Notes under the pieces: generated by a model
What the model saw: the letters and a program-made list of their open reading frames with translations, nothing else
Told to the model about the DNA's origin: nothing
The model's database searches: none
NCBI GenBank assembly: GCA_016871685.1
Contig: VHCM01000001.1
Location: 19,753-83,752 of the forward strand
Source: Verrucomicrobiota bacterium
GTDB lineage: Bacteria; Verrucomicrobiota; Verrucomicrobiia; Verrucomicrobiales; Akkermansiaceae
Direction of reading: 5' to 3'
Length of the DNA: 64,000 nucleotides
Translations under genes and position numbers: made by a program
Shown: positions 61,007 to 64,000 of the stretch, piece after piece
Layout: the number at the start of each line of letters is the position of its first letter
How positions within the stretch are numbered: the stretch's first letter is position 1

Positions 61007-63016
61007 ATGCCCAACGCCCTGATCCGCGAGACCTCGCCCTACCTGCTTCAGCACGCACACAATCCTGTCGACTGGCTGCCGTGGGGTGATGAGGCCTTCG
61101 CAAAAGCGCGCGCCACGGACAAGCTGGTCTTTCTCTCGGTCGGCTACTCGACCTGCCATTGGTGTCACGTGATGGAACGCGAATGCTTTGAAAACGAGCG
61201 CATCGCGCAGGTGATGAACCATCATTTCATCAATGTGAAGGTGGACCGCGAGGAGCGTCCGGACATTGATGCGACCTACATGGCCTACGTGCAGGCGACG
61301 ACCGGCCAGGGCGGCTGGCCGATGAGCGTGTGGCTCACGCCCGACGGCGGCCCGGTCTTCGGCGGCACGTATTTTCCGCCCGGGGACCGGCATGGCCGAC
61401 CGGGATTCGACCGGGTCTGTCACGAGTTGGCCCGTGTCTGGCGGGACGACCGCGGGCATCTTGAGGAGATCGCCGCGCGCGCGATCGGCCACCTGCGGCA
61501 CGAGGCGGCTTCCGCACAACCAGTCCGCGGCCTGCCGGGTGGCAAGGTGTTCGGCGATTTTCTCGACCGCTGCGACGCGATGTTCGACAGCGGCACCGGT
61601 GGTTTTGGGGATGCGCCGAAATTTCCGCGACCGGTGGTGCTGCGTGCGCTGATGCAGATCAGCGAGCGCTTCGGTCGCGACAGCGACGAAGGAGGTCAGG
61701 CCTGGCGGATGGCGGAACGCACGCTGCTCGCCATGGCCAGCGGCGGCATGCACGACCAACTCGGCGGCGGATTTCATCGGTATTCGGTCGACCGCCGGTG
61801 GCATGTGCCGCATTTCGAAAAAATGCTCTATGACCAGGCACAGCTGGCGATGGCGTACATCGATGGCTGGCAGATCTCGGGAAACTCTGTGCTGCGTGAG
61901 ACCGCGGAAGGAATCTTCCGCTACCTCACCGGGACCATGCGCGACGCAGGCGGCGCGTTTCACGCGGCCGAGGATGCCGACAGCCTGCCAACGGAGGATG
62001 CGTCGCGCCCGCTCGAAGGGGCCTACTGGACTTGGGAGGCCGACGAGATCCACCGACTGCTTGATCCGCGCGACGCCGCGATTTTCTGCACCGCCTACGG
62101 TGTCGAGGCGCAAGGCAATGCCAGCCATGAAAGCGATCCGCATGGCGAGTTGCACGGACGCAACACGCTGTATCGCGCGACCCGCCGTGACGATCTCGCG
62201 ATGAGGTTCGACACGTCTGTGGAGGAAATCGACGAACGCCTCGTCGCCGCCAGAGCCGTGCTGCTCGATGCGCGCGCATGCCGACCGCGGCCGCACCGTG
62301 ACGACAAGATCCTCACCGCGTGGAACGGGCTGGCGATCGCCGCGCTCGCGCGCGGCGCGCGGGTGCTGGACCGTCCCGACCTCGCTGCGGCCGCGCGCGA
62401 CGCCGCCACATTCCTGCGGCGCGAGCTTTGGGACAGCGACCGCTTGTTCCGCACGTTCCGCGGCCGTTGTGGGGATGCCCGCGGGTATCCCGCCGATCAC
62501 GCCTGCCTCATCGCCGGATTGATCGAACTGCACGCGGTGGATCGGACGCAGGAATGGCTCGGCTTTGCGATCGAAATCCAACGTGCGCTCGACCGCGACT
62601 GCTGGGACGAGGAACGTGCGGGCTATGTGATGCGACCGCAGCTCGGCGAGCGCACGCTGATGGTGATCCGCGAAGATCACGACGGAGCCGAGCCATCGCC
62701 CAACCATCTTGCGGCGGAAACCCTGCTGAAACTCGCCGCGCTCACTGGAGAGCATGGCTACACGCTCCGCGCGGAGGCGTTGCTGCGCGCCGGAGCGTCG
62801 ATGCTCGAAGCGCATCCCTTCGCGATGCCGCAACTGCTGGCGGCACTCGACCTGCACAAGCGCGGCGTGATGGCGTTCCATGTGCCACGGAATGCGGCGG
62901 GACCGCGGATGGACCGGTTGCGGCGGACGCATCATCCGCGCGCGGTATTCACCCATACCGAAGGAGAAGAACTCCTGCTCTGTGAGGGAACGGTCTGCCG
63001 GATTTACACCGGTTGA
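61007..63016 (+). CDS. Thioredoxin-domain protein (YyaL/SSP411 family)
   Basis: [45 protein letters not shown]. Confidence 0.92.
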   Translation: MPNALIRETSPYLLQHAHNPVDWLPWGDEAFAKARATDKLVFLSVGYSTCHWCHVMERECFENERIAQVMNHHFINVKVDREERPDIDATYMAYVQATTGQGGWPMSVWLTPDGGPVFGGTYFPPGDRHGRPGFDRVCHELARVWRDDRGHLEEIAARAIGHLRHEAASAQPVRGLPGGKVFGDFLDRCDAMFDSGTGGFGDAPKFPRPVVLRALMQISERFGRDSDEGGQAWRMAERTLLAMASGGMHDQLGGGFHRYSVDRRWHVPHFEKMLYDQAQLAMAYIDGWQISGNSVLRETAEGIFRYLTGTMRDAGGAFHAAEDADSLPTEDASRPLEGAYWTWEADEIHRLLDPRDAAIFCTAYGVEAQGNASHESDPHGELHGRNTLYRATRRDDLAMRFDTSVEEIDERLVAARAVLLDARACRPRPHRDDKILTAWNGLAIAALARGARVLDRPDLAAAARDAATFLRRELWDSDRLFRTFRGRCGDARGYPADHACLIAGLIELHAVDRTQEWLGFAIEIQRALDRDCWDEERAGYVMRPQLGERTLMVIREDHDGAEPSPNHLAAETLLKLAALTGEHGYTLRAEALLRAGASMLEAHPFAMPQLLAALDLHKRGVMAFHVPRNAAGPRMDRLRRTHHPRAVFTHTEGEELLLCEGTVCRIYTG

Positions 63017-63080
63017 ACACGTGCTGCAGGGCGGCAATGCACGCCTGGACTCTCACCGTTCGAACGCCGTAGACCATCTC

Positions 63081-63845
63081 TCACCCTGCCGGAGCGAATC
63101 GCGTCGAGACACCACCGCCGGCCAGAATCGCAGCGAGGCGTTCGGGGTGGCGGCCATGGGCGATGTGGGTCTCGATGCCGGCATCGACCGCAAATCGCAC
63201 GGCTGCGAGCTTGGACGCCATGCCGCCCATCGAGAAACGTCCTTTGTCGTCGCGCACCATGCGCAGCACCGAGTCAATGTCGCCGACCTCGGGAACGAGC
63301 GATCCGGTGTCCGGATCGAGCAGTCCGTCGACGCTGGTGAGCAGGACGACGCGGCGTGCGCCGACGAGCCGTGCGACGCGCACCGAAAGCATGTCATTGT
63401 CGCCGAACTTGAGTTCCTCGACCGCGACGGAATCGTTCTCATTGATGATGGGAAGCACCCGCGGCTCCGCCAGCAGGCGGCCCAGCGTGTCGGAGACGAG
63501 CGATGCGCGATCGGGTGTGGCGAGATCGGCTGCGGTGAGGAGCACTTGCGCCACCGTCACACCCGCGGCGGCGAACCAGCCGCTGTACGTCTGCATCAGT
63601 CGCGCCTGACCCACCGCGGCACAGGCCTGGCGCGTCGCGGTGTCGGTCGGATATTCCGCAAGCCCGAAAGCCGACACGCCGGATCCCACGGCACCGGATG
63701 ACACGAGCAAACAGCGGTGACCGTGGTCGATGAGCCCGGCAATGGCGTTGGCGAGCGATGCGATGGCATCGGCATCCAGTGTGCCGTCGGCCGAGCGGGT
63801 GAGCACGCCGGTGCCGGCCTTGATGACGGTGAGGTCGGAATTCAT
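63081..63845 (-). CDS. proB: Glutamate 5-kinase (no PUA domain)
   Basis: IKAGT, VSSGAV, AAVGQ, INENDSV, FGDND, GGMASK. Confidence 0.92.
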   Translation of the reverse strand: MNSDLTVIKAGTGVLTRSADGTLDADAIASLANAIAGLIDHGHRCLLVSSGAVGSGVSAFGLAEYPTDTATRQACAAVGQARLMQTYSGWFAAAGVTVAQVLLTAADLATPDRASLVSDTLGRLLAEPRVLPIINENDSVAVEELKFGDNDMLSVRVARLVGARRVVLLTSVDGLLDPDTGSLVPEVGDIDSVLRMVRDDKGRFSMGGMASKLAAVRFAVDAGIETHIAHGRHPERLAAILAGGGVSTRFAPAG

Positions 63846-63937
63846 CTGCGGAGTCGCGCGGGGCAAGCCCGGTTGATAGCGGGTCGGCCCGGGTCACTCC
63901 ACTGCAAATTGCGCGCCCAGCCGGGACCGACATGCCT

Positions 63938-64000
63938 TCATCGCGCGATGAGCGCCCGGCGCACGGCGTCGAGCGCGGCCTGGCTGGCGGCGAGTTTGAA
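63938..64000 (-). CDS. 3' end of a gene running off the window, possibly CinA C-terminus
   Basis: FKLAASQAALDAVRRALIAR-stop. Confidence 0.4.
   Translation of the reverse strand, partial: FKLAASQAALDAVRRALIAR

Noticed and set aside
63081-63845. ProB lacking the PUA domain
   Set aside because: Short glutamate 5-kinases are a known natural variant.

Overview
GC-rich bacterial chromosome segment. Gene content (Amuc_1098-type secretin, MBG-domain surface protein, helical-repeat secreted protein) suggests Verrucomicrobiota, probably Luteolibacter/Haloferula-like; this is inference. The housekeeping backbone includes hpf/raiA, PBP1A, MATE, a metal ABC operon, NupC, hflX, lysS, tmk, lpdA, prc, menD, argH, HU, engB, lepA and proB. 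Two accessory regions interrupt it. (1) About 9.0-13.6 kb: REP-like repeats, an intact VapBC pair, a HipB-like gene with a decayed hipA, a small nucleosidase and a WYL regulator, next to a ~2090-aa subtilase + GH13 amylase fusion. (2) About 26.9-34.9 kb: a complete integron whose long integrase is co-oriented with its cassettes (inverted type). It has a candidate attI, four clear attC sites and one degenerate one. The cassettes carry a putative type II restriction-modification pair, a SnoaL-like protein, a membrane protein, a nuclease-DUF2075 helicase and a small membrane protein, followed by an orphan HicA. The integrase promoter has a Verrucomicrobia-type LexA box. The adjacent tRNA-Ser(CGA) is split in its T-loop by a ~170-nt palindromic insertion. 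Coordinates were counted by hand. No database searches were run, so family calls rest on motif recognition.
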